From: Chiloscyllium plagiosum
Taxonomy: Eukaryota
Direction of reading: 5' to 3'
Assembly: GCF_004010195.1 (NCBI RefSeq)
Contig: NC_057750.1
Span: 13,971,387 to 14,035,386, forward strand
Length of the DNA: 64,000 nt
Shown: in pieces, positions 1-12,060 of the stretch
Layout of the letters: each line of letters begins with the position of its first letter
How positions within the stretch are numbered: position 1 is the stretch's first letter
Position numbers and translations under genes: made by a program
The notes under the pieces: generated by a model
The model's database searches: none
The model's input: only the letters and a program-made list of their open reading frames with translations
Told to the model about the DNA's origin: nothing

Positions 1-115
1 CCCTGCAGGCACTCTGCCTCTATTCCTGATGAAGGGCTTTTGCCCGAAATGTCAATTTTCCTGCTCCCCGGATGCTGCCTGAACTGCTGCGCTTTTCCAG
101 CACCACTCTAATCCA
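1..115 (+). mobile_element. PLE pseudo-LTR/3' fragment (family A) with hammerhead motif
   Basis: CTGATGA(26-32)-A-GGGC-TTTT-GCCC-GAAA(46-49)-TGTC, followed by the GATGCTGCCTGA(C/A)CTGCTG.GCTTTTCCAGCA body shared with many copies in the window. Confidence 0.8.
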
Positions 116-131
116 GAATTAACTGCTTTCT

Positions 132-432
132 GTCATGGGTTCAAATCCCCAGAGATTTATGCACAAGAAGTGCTCCCAGTGCAGGACTTTTAGATGAGAT
201 GACTATTAAAGGGTCTTTCTGTTCCCTTGGGCAACTGTAAAAGAACATCTGACACAATTCCAAAGAACAGCAGAAGACGTTCCCCTGGCATGAGGGCCAA
301 TGTCTATCACATTATTTGGCCCTTATCCTGTTGGTGGGAGTTGGCTAATGCATTTCCCACATCACATCACACTTCAAGAATAAACGTTGGGTGGAAAGCA
401 CTGAGGAACATAGAGTGGCCATAAAAAATTCT
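132..432 (+). mobile_element. Degenerate Deu-domain SINE (SacSINE1-like)
   Basis: GGGTTCAAATCCC B-box, then degraded similarity (from recall) to the Deu domain and tail. Related copies at 16545-16830 (-), 20865-21100 (-) and 35935-36015 (-). Confidence 0.55.
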
Positions 433-716
433 CCACAAGGATCAGTGTTTCTTTTTGTGTTTAACAAGTTGAAACTGTTCAACCGTGAGTTAAACAGAAT
501 AAAGTTCACCAAAGTGTAACCTTCCAAGTAAATTATTAAGTTAGCTAATACCGGTTAGAAATCCAAGCAGAAAGAAAATACTTGTATTTAAAGATTAACT
601 GCTCAAGTGTATCTCAACACGTAAATTGCAATCTTGCATTTTTTTTTAGTCCGGGATTTATTTAGTATGCATACTGACAATGTTGTTTAATTTATTCATT
701 TTCCCATCTATATTCT

Positions 717-792
717 GATGTGGAGATGTGGAGGTGCCAGTGTTAGACTGAGGTGGACAAGATCAAAAGTCTCACGACACCAGGTTATAGTT
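717..792 (-). mobile_element. PLE 3' fragment (family B)
   Basis: GGTGCCAGTGTTAGACTGAGGTGGACAA...CACGACACCAGGTTATAG, the same sequence as 11145-11206, 21571-21674 and 34990-35115. Confidence 0.6.
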
Positions 793-1081
793 ATATGACC
801 TATAGCCAGGCGCCATGTGACTTTTAATTTTCTAAGACGAAAACAAGTCTTGATAAAGGGCAGGGTAGGCATTGTAGGGGTTGGTCAAATCATGAGCAGA
901 AAGGTTTTCTGTTCTTTCTACAATGCACGTATCAGAAACTAACCAAATTATTCACAAGATTCATCTATTAGGTTTGAAACACAGGAGCTGAAATACTTAG
1001 AGTTAAGTTAACGTCCATTGTGGCAAGATTCACGGTCCTGACATTTAACAGGGGGAATGGTAAGGAAGTGGGTGAGGAATT

Positions 1082-1770
1082 ATAGATTGGTACCGTGTGG
1101 AAACAGACCCTTCGGTCCAACTCGTCCATGCCGACCAAGTTTCTCAAACTAAACTAGTCCCATTTACCTGTATATGGCCCCTATCCCACGAAACCTTTCC
1201 TATTCATGTATCTGTCCAAATATCTTTTCAGTGTTGTGACTATACCCACATCCAACGCTTTCCCTGGCAGTTCATTCCGCACGTGAACTGCTCTCTGTGT
1301 GAAAAAATTGTCCCTCATGTCTTTTTTAAATCTTTCTCCTCTCACCTTAAAGATATGCCCCTTTGTCTTGAAACCTTCCACCCTATGGAAAAGACACCTG
1401 CCATTCACCGTATCTGTCCTCTTCATGATTGTGTAAATCTCTATACTTCACCCTGCAATCTCGGACAAGCCAGTGAAAAAAGTCCCAGTCTCTCCTTATA
1501 ACTCAAACCCTCCATTCCCAGCAACATCCTGGTTAATCTTTTCTGAACACTCTCCAGTTTAATAATATCCTTCCTATAGCAGGGCGATCAGAACTGGACG
1601 CAGTACACCAGAAGAGGCCTCACCTGTACAAACTCAACCTGACTACACAACTCCTATACTCAAAGGCCTGGGCAATGGAGGCAAGTGTGCTAAATGCCTT
1701 CTTAACCAACCTGTCTACATGTGACATGAACATCATGCAGTTGGACCCCTCAGCCTCTATGTTCCTCGCA
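1082..1770 (-). mobile_element. CR1/HER1 LINE 3' fragment
   Basis: ORF 1181-1426(-) reads KTKGHIFKVRGERFKKDMRDNFFTQRAVHVRNELP, the CR1 ORF2 C-terminus. The tail CCGAAGGGTCTGTTTCCAC is shared with the HE1 SINE. Confidence 0.9.
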
Positions 1771-2495
1771 AGTTATGTCAAGGGCAGGTTCCAATCCCAG
1801 TTCTGGATGCTTGGACACAGTGAGTCAGCGACTTGGGACAGTCAGAAATAGGATCATCTCAACAGAAGGGGTGAGAATCTGAATGTTAGGCAGGACACCA
1901 CTTGCCCTGAATCTTTCTGCCCCACTGGGGGGCTGTTCTTCTCCTGGAAAGTGACGGAGGAAGGTAATAAGGGAGATGGCAATGTGTGACACCGTTGTAA
2001 GTGGAAAGATTTCTCTTCATCACCAAATCCACAATGTCAACTCTCTTTCTCTCTCCAATGATGTCACCAAACCTGCTGAGTTTCTCCATCACTTTCTTTT
2101 TTCATTTCATAAAATTGCCTTTACACGATTTTATTCTTTCAGGAGAATTCTGCAAACATTGAATCTGCCTATGTAGTCACCATCCTTCGTACTCATTAAG
2201 TCCTTTTATTTCAGACAAATTAATTTTTCAGGCTAGTTTAATCTAAATTGACCAGCCTTTTAATGTAACCAGAAATATTCTTAAATAAATATTTTGCGCT
2301 TATCATTCTGGTATAAATGTTTTCCCTCTGGAGATTTATTGCAAGGCCGAAAGATGAGATGCTTTTAACAGTGTATGAAAAATTGGAGAGAATTTCTGTA
2401 AAGGATTGTTTTAATTAATAGCTTTATTTCATGAAGCTTTTGCCAAAATCAGATACTCAGTTCCAAAAAAGGCTTTAGCTTTCAACTTTGTTACG

Positions 2496-2780
2496 GGAGG
2501 TGATGGGCTAGTGGTAATATAGGCAAACTATTAATCCAGAACCTCAGGGACCTGGGTTCAAATCCCACCATAATAGATGGTTGAATTTGAATTCAATGAA
2601 ATCTGGAATTAAGAGTCTAATAATAAATCAATTGTCAGGAATTGTTTGCTGATGTCCATAAGGGAATGAACCTGCCTGTGTGGTCTACATGTTACTGCAC
2701 AGACCCACAGCAATGTGGTTTACTCTTATATGCACCTTGGGATGGGTAATCCTAGCCAGCAAAGTGACTGAATAAAAAAT
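2496..2780 (+). mobile_element. tRNA-derived SINE with CR1/L2-type 3' tail (family S2)
   Basis: A-box GGCTAGTGG, B-box GGTTCAAATCC, body CAGACCCACAGCAATGTGG, tail CTAGCCAGC...GAATAAAAAA. Confidence 0.8.
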
Positions 2781-3392
2781 ACACATTTGCCAGTCACACC
2801 TAAGTGGTAGTTTCTGTTTCTTGGACAGATTGAGGATTATCTTTCTTCCCATGAGAAGTGGTCCTAGACTGACTGAACAGACGATGCTTCATCCTGTGTT
2901 TGAGAAGGTGACTTTCACATTCGCCCATTACCCGGGCCTGTTAAAGACGCTCAAAATAGATGGCACCTGTGAGGATGCTTCTTTGCCAGTCTGGGGAAAG
3001 GGACTCCCAGGAGGAAGTGGGGATGTTGCGTCTTTCTTTCCGGGAAGGGATTCCTCTGGCCGGCTGCTGACTGCTGGCTGCGGCATAGCTCGGAATAGGG
3101 AGCTTGTTTTGGAAGTCAGGCATGTGGCCTGCTCAGTGCAGCTGACTGACAGTAACTGGTGCACCAGATCCAGGTCTGAGAGACGGCTCTGACATTGCAG
3201 CATCTACTGGATCACTGGATCAGCAGGAGTTTATGCGGGCCGTATTATTGAGCCGAACTCGCATACTGGCCTCAGAATGGCTTCAGTTCAAGTGCCATTG
3301 CGCACACAATGGGGCTGGACTTTTGGAAATTGCAGGGCTGGGAGCTGAGGTGGCAAGAGCTGGGAATAGTCTTTCTGGGTAATGTGCTGCCT

Positions 3393-3698
3393 AGATTGGA
3401 TTTAGATTCCCCGACAGTGTGGAAATAAGCCCTTCGGCCCAACAAGTCCACAACGACCCTCCGAAGAGTAACCCACCCAGACCAATTTTTCTCTGACTAA
3501 TGTTCCCAACAATTTAGCATGGCCAATCGACCTGACCTGCACATCTTTGGACTGTGGGAGGAAACCAGAGCACCCGGAGGAAAACCATGCAGACACGAGG
3601 ATAATGTGCAAACTCCACACAGACAGTCACCCGAGGCTGGAATCGAACCCGGGTCCCTGGTGCTGTGAGAAAGCAGTGCTAACCACTGAGTCACCCAC
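3393..3698 (-). mobile_element. HE1-like V-SINE
   Basis: Minus strand reads GACTCAGTGGTTAGCACTGC...CCGGGTTCGATTCC...GTGTGGAGTTTGCACATT (V domain) ...GGGCCGAAGGG tail. Confidence 0.92.
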
Positions 3699-4046
3699 GC
3701 TTCCCATGTACAATCCCCCTTTCTGGGCCTGTTTTGGGGATCAGTATTGGGAGATAGCCATCTCCCAACACTCAGTGGACAATTGAGAATCCTCATCGAG
3801 GGTTCTTTGAGCTCAATGAAGACAAGGCGGACTGAGAATTTCCAGTCAGCCCCCAGGTTTCTGCAGGTATTGGGGCTAATATCATTCATTGCCTTGTGCT
3901 AGACCAAGGGACTGGAATTTCTGACTGCCCTTGAGGTTTTCGCTGCCCTGTATAAGCCCATCGTCCACAGCAGAACCCTGCCAGCTACTGCGATCTCATA
4001 CTTCAATACTGTTGGAGAGGGTGGGTCTTGAATTTGAAGTACTTTC

Positions 4047-4770
4047 TGTTATTAATCAGACCAAACCCCTTCCAAATATATTAAGAAGATTGCGTAGGCC
4101 AGAATGTTTCCTTATTTTAAAGGTAAATGCCAGGCATTGGGTTCTGCATGTAATTCAATTGCTCAAACTGTCAATCTTGAAGCAAAACACATTTCATGCA
4201 TACACTATAGTTAAAATACAATAAAGTAAAAAAATTGGAATAACAACGCTATTGCAAAATTTAACAGAATAATAGATTATTTAACTACTGGACAGTTACT
4301 GCTCTTAAATAGCCACATCCCATAAGCCCTTGGCAAAGGCAAAATCAGTAAAATAGATTATATCACATTCCTGATTAAGGGCTTTTGCCCTAAACGTCGA
4401 TTTTCCTGCACCTCAGATGCTGCCTGACCTGCTGTGCTTTTCCAGCAATGTACTCTTGACTCTGATCTCCAGCATCTGCAGTCCTCACTTTCTCCTAGAT
4501 TGTCTCACAGGCTATCCTCCAATCCAGGAGGAAAGACATCAAGAGAAAACTTTGAGAGAGATAGAGAATAGCAGGGAGAGATATCCAGCAACTTCCAAAC
4601 ACAGTAACTGAAAAACTAAAACTAAAAATCCTTGTTTTGTTGGAGTTGGACTCCACCCATTCAGGCTGCTTCTATTGTTCCAAGCTGTTTACTTAATTGG
4701 CTTCAAATAGACCGTCTGTTACCTGTCATAAAGCCTCTCTTCAAAAAACAACAGGCCAATATACAAGCAC
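4047..4770. mobile_element. Solo-LTR-like repeat (family L1); 3' limit uncertain
   Basis: Starts TGTTA and aligns by eye with 31070-31562 and 47849-48554. The 31070 copy abuts a Gypsy RT fragment. Confidence 0.6.
4368..4495 (+). mobile_element. PLE family A fragment with decayed hammerhead, inserted in the LTR
   Basis: TTCCTGATTAAGGGCTTTTGCCCTAAACGTCG. TSD TAGATTATATCACA (4354-4367) / TAGATTGTCTCACA (4496-4509). Confidence 0.85.
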
Positions 4771-5414
4771 AAGATGGAAGGAGAGGGTTCTTCCCATTCG
4801 GACGAACTCAAGTTGGATGTGGACTGTTCACAGCTTTGAAATTCTCTCAAACTAGAAATTCAGCCTCATATCCCAATCTTCTCCATTGCAAAGTCTACCT
4901 AGGTCTATCACCATGATGTTAATTGTCTCCAGGCTAGCTGCCCGAGGAAATGGGTTCAGACTGTCACCTTGGGTGAGACAGGATACCACTATCACAAGCA
5001 TATTGGCTCAGCCTCAAAACATTGACAGTTAGTGGGATGGATGGGGACTTTGTGATGAAAATTAAAGACAATGTCTTTTGGTTTACAGTTTTTAATTTGA
5101 ACCAGTTCCTGTTCACTCGGCCAGTGTTATTGTCTTCTGTCTCTTGACTCAATGCTGACGTCTACTGAAGGGTGTGGGTTTCTGCCATGGATTGCCATAT
5201 GACTGAACAAGCTGATCAGTGGATCTTTGGGCACAAGGGAATGGACATCGATGAGGAGGTGGGATCTGGAGGGCAGGATTTGCTGCCTTTCCTTTCCTTC
5301 TCTACCCTTATGTTTTGCACTTGATGCACAAGCTGGCACCACTCTGAAAGCAAGCCCCTCCTAATCACCAATGCTACTGCTGCCTTGCTTCAAGGAGAGC
5401 ATCAGCTTTCCTCT

Positions 5415-5878
5415 AATCCTGGGATATGGGCATCACTGACTGGGCCCTGTGTTTAATGTCTGCCCCTATAGATGTCCTTGAGAAGGTGGTGGTGAGTTGC
5501 CATCTTGAAACACTGCAGTCCACTTGCTGTGGGTTGACCATAATGCCCTTAGGGAGAGACTTCCAGGATTTTGACCCAGAGACACTGAAGGAATGACAAT
5601 GTATTTCCAAGTCAGGATGGTGAGTGGCTTGGAGGGGAACTTTCAGGGGGATCTGCGGCCCTTGTCCTTCCAGATGAAAGTGGTAATGCATTTGGAAGGT
5701 ACTCTCTGAGGTGACTTTCTGCAGTGCATCTTGAAGATAGTACACACTGCTGCTATTGAGCGCTGGTGGTGAAGGGAGTGGATGTTTGTGGATATGGTGC
5801 CAATCAATTGGGCTGCGTTATTCTGGAGTGATGCTGGAGCTGTCCCCATCCAGGCAAGTAGGCGGTACTCCACCACAC
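5415..5878 (-). mobile_element. CR1/L2-group LINE 3' end, partner of SINE S2 (continues about 6970-7165)
   Basis: ORF 5643-5918(-) includes LAWMGTAP...AAQLIGTISTNIHSLHHQRSIAAVCTIFKMHC. The tail (GGCCCAGTCAGTGATGCCCATATCCCA) matches the S2 tail. Confidence 0.8.
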
Positions 5879-6075
5879 TGAAAACAAACAAAAAATGCTG
5901 GAAATCACAGTGGATCAAGCAGCATTGTGGAGAGAGAGCAAGTTAATCAGCTCTGATGAAGAGTCATCGAGACTGGAAATGCTGGCTTGCTCTCTCTCCA
6001 TGATGCTGCCTGACCCGTTGTGATTTCCAGCACTTTTTTGTTTTCAGTACAGATTCCAGCATCTGCAATAATGTG
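5878..6075. mobile_element. Palindromic PLE fragment with hammerhead-like centre
   Basis: Imperfect inverted arms 5878-5946 and 5983-6047 surround CTGATGA(5953-5959)-A-GAGTC-ATCGA-GACTG-GAAA. Confidence 0.7.
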
Positions 6076-6970
6076 TTTCAGTACTTCCTCCTCTGTAATA
6101 TGGACATTTTTCAGGATGTCACCACCTATTTCCCCACATTCTATATCTTCCATGTCCTTCTCCACAGTAAAACTGATGCAAAATACTTGTTTAGTATCTG
6201 TCCCATCTCCTGCAGTTCCACACAAAGGCCGCCTTGCTGATCTTTGAGGGGCCCTATTCTCTCCCGAGTTACCCTTTTGTTCTTAGTGTATTTGTAAAAA
6301 CCCTTTGGATTCTCCTGAACCGTATTTGCCAAAGCTATCTCATGTCCCCGTTTTGCCCTCCTGATTTCCCTCTTCAGTATACTCCTGCTGCCTTTATCCT
6401 CTTCTAAGGATTCACTTGATCTATCCTGTCTATACCTGACATATGCTTCCTTCTTTTCCTTAACCAAACCCTCAATTTCTTTCATCATCCAGCATTCCCT
6501 ACACTTACCAGCCTTTCCTTTCACCCGAACAGGAATGTACTGTCTCCGGACTCTCGTTAGCTCATTTTTGAAGGCTTCCCATTTTCCAGCTGTCCCTTTA
6601 CCTACGAACATCTGCGCCCAATCAGCTTTTGAACGTTCTTGCCTAATAGCATCAAACGTATTCCAGAACTAGAGGGCACGGGTTTAGGGTGAGAGGAGAA
6701 AGATATAAAAGGGACCTAAGAGGCAACGTTTTCATGCAGAGGGTGGTACGTGAATGAAATGAGCTGCCAGAGGAAGTGGTGGAGGCTGGTACAATTACAG
6801 CATTTAAAAGGCATCTGGATGGGTATATGAATAGGAAGGGTTCGGAGGGATATGGGCCAAGTGCTGGCAAATGGAACTAGATTAATTAGGGATATCTGGT
6901 TGACACGGATGAGTTGGACTGAAGGGCCTGTTTCCGTGCTTTTCATCTCTATTACTCTATGATTCTATTC
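6076..6970. mobile_element. CR1/HER1 LINE with inverted 5' part: internal ORF2 (-) 6076-6655 joined to 3' end (+) 6665-6970
   Basis: ORF 6141-6611(-) reads WEAFKNEL...KREIRRAKRGHE...NPKGFYKY...LNKYFASV. The plus-strand part is the standard 3' end with a (CTATGA) tail. Confidence 0.85.
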
Positions 6971-7422
6971 CATTGCACTCCTGACCTGTGTCTTGTAAAT
7001 AGCGGACAGGCTTTGAGAAGTTATTGGCCTCGGGACTCTTTGCCTCTGACCTTCCCTTGCAGCCTCTCTGTGTTTAGGTGACAATTGCAGTTGAGTTTTT
7101 GGTAAATGGTAACCCCCATGATGTTAATGGTGGGGGATTCAGAGATGGCAATACCACTGAATGTCAATGTTATTGCGCTGAATGTTGGACAAGCAAGGGG
7201 ACACAGCAGAGGCAGTGGAGGGGTTGAGAGCGGTGGGAGTGAGGTTGGGCTGGGTATCTTTAGCAAACATGTAAACCTGACACATCTGTTGATATTATCG
7301 CTGAGGGGCAGAATGTACATGAGAATTTCAGGGGATAAGGTAATGGTTCAGGAAGAAAAGCCATTACAGATGAATCTCTCGATTACAACCAGATAGGAAG
7401 AGCGAAGCTTTTTTGCAGAAAG

Positions 7423-8030
7423 CTAGAATTAGAATTAGCTTTGTTGTCACACGTACTCAAATGAGAACAATGAAAAGTTTACAAGTCGTCACTTATGTAC
7501 AAAGGTACTGAGGTGCAGGTTCTTCAGTACAAATTCTTAGATTAGATTACAGTGTGGAAACAGACCCTTCGGCCCAACAAGTCCACACCAACCCACCGAA
7601 GCGCAACCCACCCAGACTCATTCCCCTACATTTACCCCTAACACTATGGGTAATTTAGCACGGCCAATTCACCTAACTTGCACATCTTTGGACTGTGGGA
7701 GGAAACTGGAGCACCCGGAGGAAACCCACGCCGACACGGGGAGAATGCGCAAACTCCACGGTCAGTCGCCTGAGGTGGGAATTGAACTGCTGTGAGGCAG
7801 CAATGCTAACCACTTGCCACTGTGCCGCCCAGGGAAAATAATTAGAAATATACAGAAATAAAAAGTCCAAAATAACAGCCCTTCCAACTCAGTCCACACT
7901 GACACATAGCCTCCAGTCTACACCGGCCTTGACTCCAGGCTGCATCAGGCTTCAATTCCAGGTTCTTGAGGCCAGAAGACTGCTCTGGAGCCATCTCGAG
8001 ACCAGAAGTCCAAGCTTAGACCACACCAGA
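7423..8030 (-). mobile_element. Unclassified retroposon with Rex1-like tail, interrupted by an HE1 SINE
   Basis: Minus-strand end GAGTACGTGTGACAACAAAGCTAATTCTAATTCT resembles the tails at 44070-44125 and 49335-49375. Confidence 0.45.
7538..7830 (-). mobile_element. HE1-like V-SINE
   Basis: GGGCGGCACAGTGG head, V domain and (AATCT)n tail. Confidence 0.92.
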
Positions 8031-8655
8031 CCGAGAGACCACCACACCTGGCCATCAACAGACCACCACGACAGGCCACCAAGAGCCCACCATGACAGGC
8101 CAGCGAGAGACCACCAAGAGACCACCACACCGGGTCACCGAGAGACCACCACACTTGGCCATTATTAGACCACCATGACAGGCCACTAAGAGCCCACTAT
8201 GACAGACCACCGAGAGACCACCATACTGGGTCACCGAGAGACCACCACACCAGGTCACCGAGAGACCACCACACCTGGCCATCAACTGATCACCATGACA
8301 GGCCACTAAGAGCCCACCATGACAGGCCAGCGAGAGACCACTGAGAGACCACCACACTGGGTCACCGAGAGACCACCACACCGGGTCACCGAGAGACCAC
8401 CACACCTTGCCATCAACAGACCACCACGACAGGCCACTAAGAGCCCACCATGACAGGCCAGCGGGAGACCACCGAGAGACCACCACACTAGGTCACTGAG
8501 AGACCACCACATCGGGTCACCGAGAGATCACCACACCTGGCCATCAACAGACTACTATGAGGAGTCACTAAGGGACGGCTGAGGGACCACTACACCCGAT
8601 CAGTGAGAGACCACAGAGGGACCGCCACATTGGGTCACCAAGAGACCACCACAAA
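8020..8655. repeat. Higher-order minisatellite (107-131 bp units built from about 12/24 bp GAGAGACCACCA-type monomers)
   Basis: GAGAGACCACCACAC(C/T)TGGCCAT-like starts at 8033, 8140, 8260, 8391 and 8522. Confidence 0.9.
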
Positions 8656-8661
8656 GAGAGA

Positions 8662-9328
8662 CTGCCATGCAGGTACAGCAGATTACAAGGAAAACAAATG
8701 GAATTTGGGCATTTATTGCTAAAAGATTGAAGCATAAAAGTAAGGAAGTGTTACTGAAACTGCACAAGGCATCAGTGAGAGCACATCTGGAGTATTGTGT
8801 ACAGGTTTTGTCCCCTCATTTGAGGGAGGATGTAATTGCATTGGAGCATGCTCAGAGGAGGTTCACTCAATTGATTTCAGAGATGAAGGGCTTGTCTTAT
8901 GAAGAGACACTGAGCAACTTAGGCCGATATTCTTTGGAGTTTAGAAGAATGAGAGGAGATCTAATTGAGGGATAGAAGATGCAGAGGGGATTTGCAAAAT
9001 TGACTGAGAGAGGATGTTTCCTTGTAAGGTAATCCAGAATGAGAAACAAAACCCAGCTGTAAAAGAAAGGGTAGCAGATTTAAAACAGAAATGAGGAGAA
9101 ATTACTTCTCTCAACGAATCGTGAATCTGTGAATTCCCTTCCTCAGAATGCGGTGAACTCCTGGGCACTGAATAATTTCAAGGATGGGACAGACAGATTT
9201 TTAATTAGCAATAGGTTGAGGGGTTATGGAGAGTGGGCAGGAAGGTGGAGTTAAGACCAAGAAGAGATCAACCATGATCACAATGAATGGTGGATTGGGC
9301 TAGAGGGGCTGAATAGTCTATTCCTGCT
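8662..9328 (+). mobile_element. CR1 LINE 3' fragment
   Basis: ORF 8667-8975 reads VRAHLEYCVQVLSPHLRED...QRRFTQLI...YSLEFRRMRGDLIE. Confidence 0.9.
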
Positions 9329-9862
9329 CTGGTGATGTCATTTCCTGTTCTTTTTCTCAGGGACTGGTAAATGGGATCCACGTCAACGTGTTTGTTGATA
9401 GAACTCTGGTTGGAATGCCATGCTTCTAGGAATTCTTGTGCATGTCTCTGTTTGGCTTGACCTCGGATGGATGTATTGTCCCACTCAAAGTGGTGTCCTT
9501 CCTCATCCAGATGTAAGGATACTAGTGAGAGTGGGTCTTGTCGTTTTGTGGCTAGCTGATGTTCATGTATCCTGGTGGCTAGTTTTCTGCCTGTTTGCCC
9601 AATGTAATGTTTGTTACATTCTTGCAAGGTATTTTGTAAATGACATTAGACTGAGGAAAAGAACAGGAAGTGATATCACCATAGGAAATGATGTCACCGC
9701 AGGAAATTACATCACCAACCCAAGGAAACCCAAATATATAAATAGAAAGCAGGCTACACTAACAGCGCTTCATTCGGAGGCTCACTGAAGATGTTACCTA
9801 GTATGGTGATGAAACATCTGAAAATGAGCCTTCCAGCTCAGCGAGCAAACCTACATCCAGAA
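9329..9862. mobile_element. Penelope (Poseidon-like) element: inverted GIY-YIG segment (-) 9329-9648 plus 3' UTR (+) 9650-9862 (family C)
   Basis: ORF 9268-9627(-) reads CNKHYIGQTGRKLATRIHEHQLATKR...HHFEWDNTSIRGQAKQRHAQEFLEAWHS, a GIY-YIG endonuclease. Confidence 0.9.
9782..9821 (+). ncRNA. Minimal type I hammerhead ribozyme motif (slightly decayed)
   Basis: TCA-CTGAAGA-T-GTTACC-TAGTAT-GGTGAT-GAAA-CA-TC-TGA. Helix I is TCA/TGA; helix II is 6 bp including G-U pairs. Confidence 0.7.
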
Positions 9863-10199
9863 GTGGAATATCAGAAAGCCATCAACATTCAGTCAAATCA
9901 CATTACTCTTTAAACCTTCTTTTGAACATGTGTTAATAGATGGAAATACATGGAGGATAAAATGTGAAAATAGGCCATGGAGCCTAAATCAGTCTATCTC
10001 TCAGAGGATCAAGAATCTATGGAACCCATGTTTCCAGATACAAGTGGAAGCTGGTTCATTGAACACACTTAAGACAGAAATTGACAGACGTGTGATAGCC
10101 AAGGGAATCAGATAAGTAGGAGAGTGTATTTGAGGCCATAATCAGATCAGTCCTGATTGTATTGGATAGCAAAACAGGCTTAAGGATCCAAATATGATT

Positions 10200-10370
10200 T
10201 TTAAAAACCCATCTGGTTCACTAATGTCATTTGAGGAGGGAAATCTGCCATTCTTGTCTGGTCTGGCCTCCATGTGACTCCAGATACGCAGCGATGTGAC
10301 TGACTCTTAACTGGCCTCTGAAATGGCATTGTAATCCACTCACTTCCAGGAACAGTTAGGGATGCCCACA
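10200..10370 (+). mobile_element. SINE S2, partial
   Basis: AAAACCCATCTGGTTCACTAATGTC...CATGTGACTCCAGA. Confidence 0.8.
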
Positions 10371-10860
10371 TAGAGTCTTAGACATGTACAGCACGGAAAC
10401 AGACCCTTCAGTCCAACTCATCCATGCAGAACAGACATCCTAAATTAATCTAGTCCCATTTACTAGCATTTGCCCCAAATCTCTCTAAACCCTTCCTATT
10501 CATGTATCCATCCAGATGCCTTTTAAATGTTGTAATTGTACCAGCCTCCACCACTTCCTCTGGCAGCTCATTCCATACACACACCACTTTCTGTGTAAGA
10601 AAGTTACCCCTCAAGTTCCTTTTAAATCTTTCACCTCGCACCTTAAATCTATGCCATCTATTTTTGGACTCCCCCACCCCGGGGAAAAGACTTCATCTAT
10701 TTATCCTATCCATGCCCCTCATGATTTTATAAACCTCTATAAGGTCATCCCTCAGACTCCGACGCTCCAGGGAAAACAGCCCCAGCCTATTCAGACTCTC
10801 CCTGTAGATCAAACCCTCCAACCCTGGCAACATCCTTGTAAATCTCTTCTGAACCCATGT
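10370..10860 (-). mobile_element. CR1/HER1 LINE 3' end
   Basis: ORFs 10693-10893(-) and 10450-10677(-) read VQKRFTRMLPGLEGL...CVWNELPEEVVEAGTITTFKRHLD. Confidence 0.92.
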
Positions 10861-11229
10861 AAGAGTAAAGAAAGGAAATTCTTGACACCACAACCATTGG
10901 AAACAATCTGCTACTTTCTGCCTTTATCTATCATTCAATTATGTACAGATTTATGTCAGTTTGCAATGTAGGCAGCCTTGTACTAATCAAAAGCAAACCA
11001 AATTTTCACATGATTGCATTTCCTCGGACCAGTTAACATCCCTAATGAATCGCCAGTGAGCGCTCCCTAATACCTCAAAATCCATCTTAGATGTAAAGTA
11101 GCTTATATACTTTATGGCTTTTACGTTCCCACCCTTCTAATAAAAGGTTAAAAATCACATAGCACCATCTTATAGTCCAACAGATTTATTTGGAAGCATT
11201 AGCTCTCTGTAAGTAAACCCACAAAGCAG

Positions 11230-11600
11230 AGGGAATTTCAGGATTTTGACCCAGCGATACTGAAGGAACGGGGATTTATTTCCAAGTCAGGATGGTGAGT
11301 GGCTCGGAGGGGATCTTTAAGGGGTGGTGTTCCCATGTATCTGCTGCCTTGTCCTTCTAGATGGAAGTGCTTGTGAGTTTGATAGGTGCTGTCTGAGGAT
11401 CTTTGGTGAATTTCTGCAGTGCATCTTGTAGATGGTACACCCTGCTGCTACTGAGCGTCGGTGGTGGAGGGAGGGGATGCTTGTGGATTTAGTATCAATC
11501 AAATGAGCTGACTTGTCTTTAATAGTGTCGAGCTTCTTGAGTGCTGTTGAAGCTGCCCCCATCCAGGGCAAGGGGAGAGCATCCCTCCACATTCCAACCC
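11230..11600 (-). mobile_element. CR1/L2-group LINE fragment (same family as 5415-5878)
   Basis: ORF 11317-11649(-) reads WMGAASTALKKLDTIKDKSAHLI...SLHHRRSVAAGCTIYKMHC. Confidence 0.85.
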
Positions 11601-11902
11601 TGAGCCTTGTATGATGGTGGACAGGTTTTAATACAAAGGCATTGTTCATTTGTAGCCAGGCTGAATGGTACTGAGGTACTTAAGACAAAACTGAACAAGA
11701 ACATAAGGAGGAAAAGATACGAGGGAGATTCTGACAGGGTGATAAGTAAAATGAAGGCGGTCCACATGGAACATAAATACCAGCGTGGATCAGTTAGACT
11801 GAATGGCTTCTGTGTGTGAATCTGAAATTCATGTTTAAAATTGCAAATTTTACCTGGAAAGATTCAGAATGCATTAAATTGATTTGGCAGCACAGAACTT
11901 CC

Positions 11903-12060
11903 ACATTGCTGAAGATAATAGACATGCTAGTGAGATTTGTTTTGTCTTGCACTCATCAGGACAGGTGCAAGAATAGCAAATTTGCAAAGGAGCAACAATT
12001 TGTACCGTGTGAGAAATGGTGTTGATCGGCTGAGCATTGCAAAGGAGAGCGTACTGAGGA
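11903..12060 (-). mobile_element. Old PLE-like fragment (family D) with hammerhead-like core
   Basis: Minus strand reads GTC-CTGATGA-GT-GCAAG-AC-AAAA (G12 lost). Homologous to the arms at 17121-17592. Confidence 0.5.

Noticed and set aside
2821..3990. GC-richer stretch with ORFs on both strands (2821-3192 +, 2928-3203 -, 3497-3889 -) as a host exon
   Set aside because: No recognisable domain, stops in all extended frames, and the block is split by an HE1 SINE. More likely an old unclassified repeat.
8020..8655. CRISPR-like array or repetitive protein (ORFs 8055-8486 and others)
   Set aside because: Intervening sequences are variants of the same monomer, not unique spacers. There are no cas genes and the context is eukaryotic; the ORFs are a by-product of periodicity.
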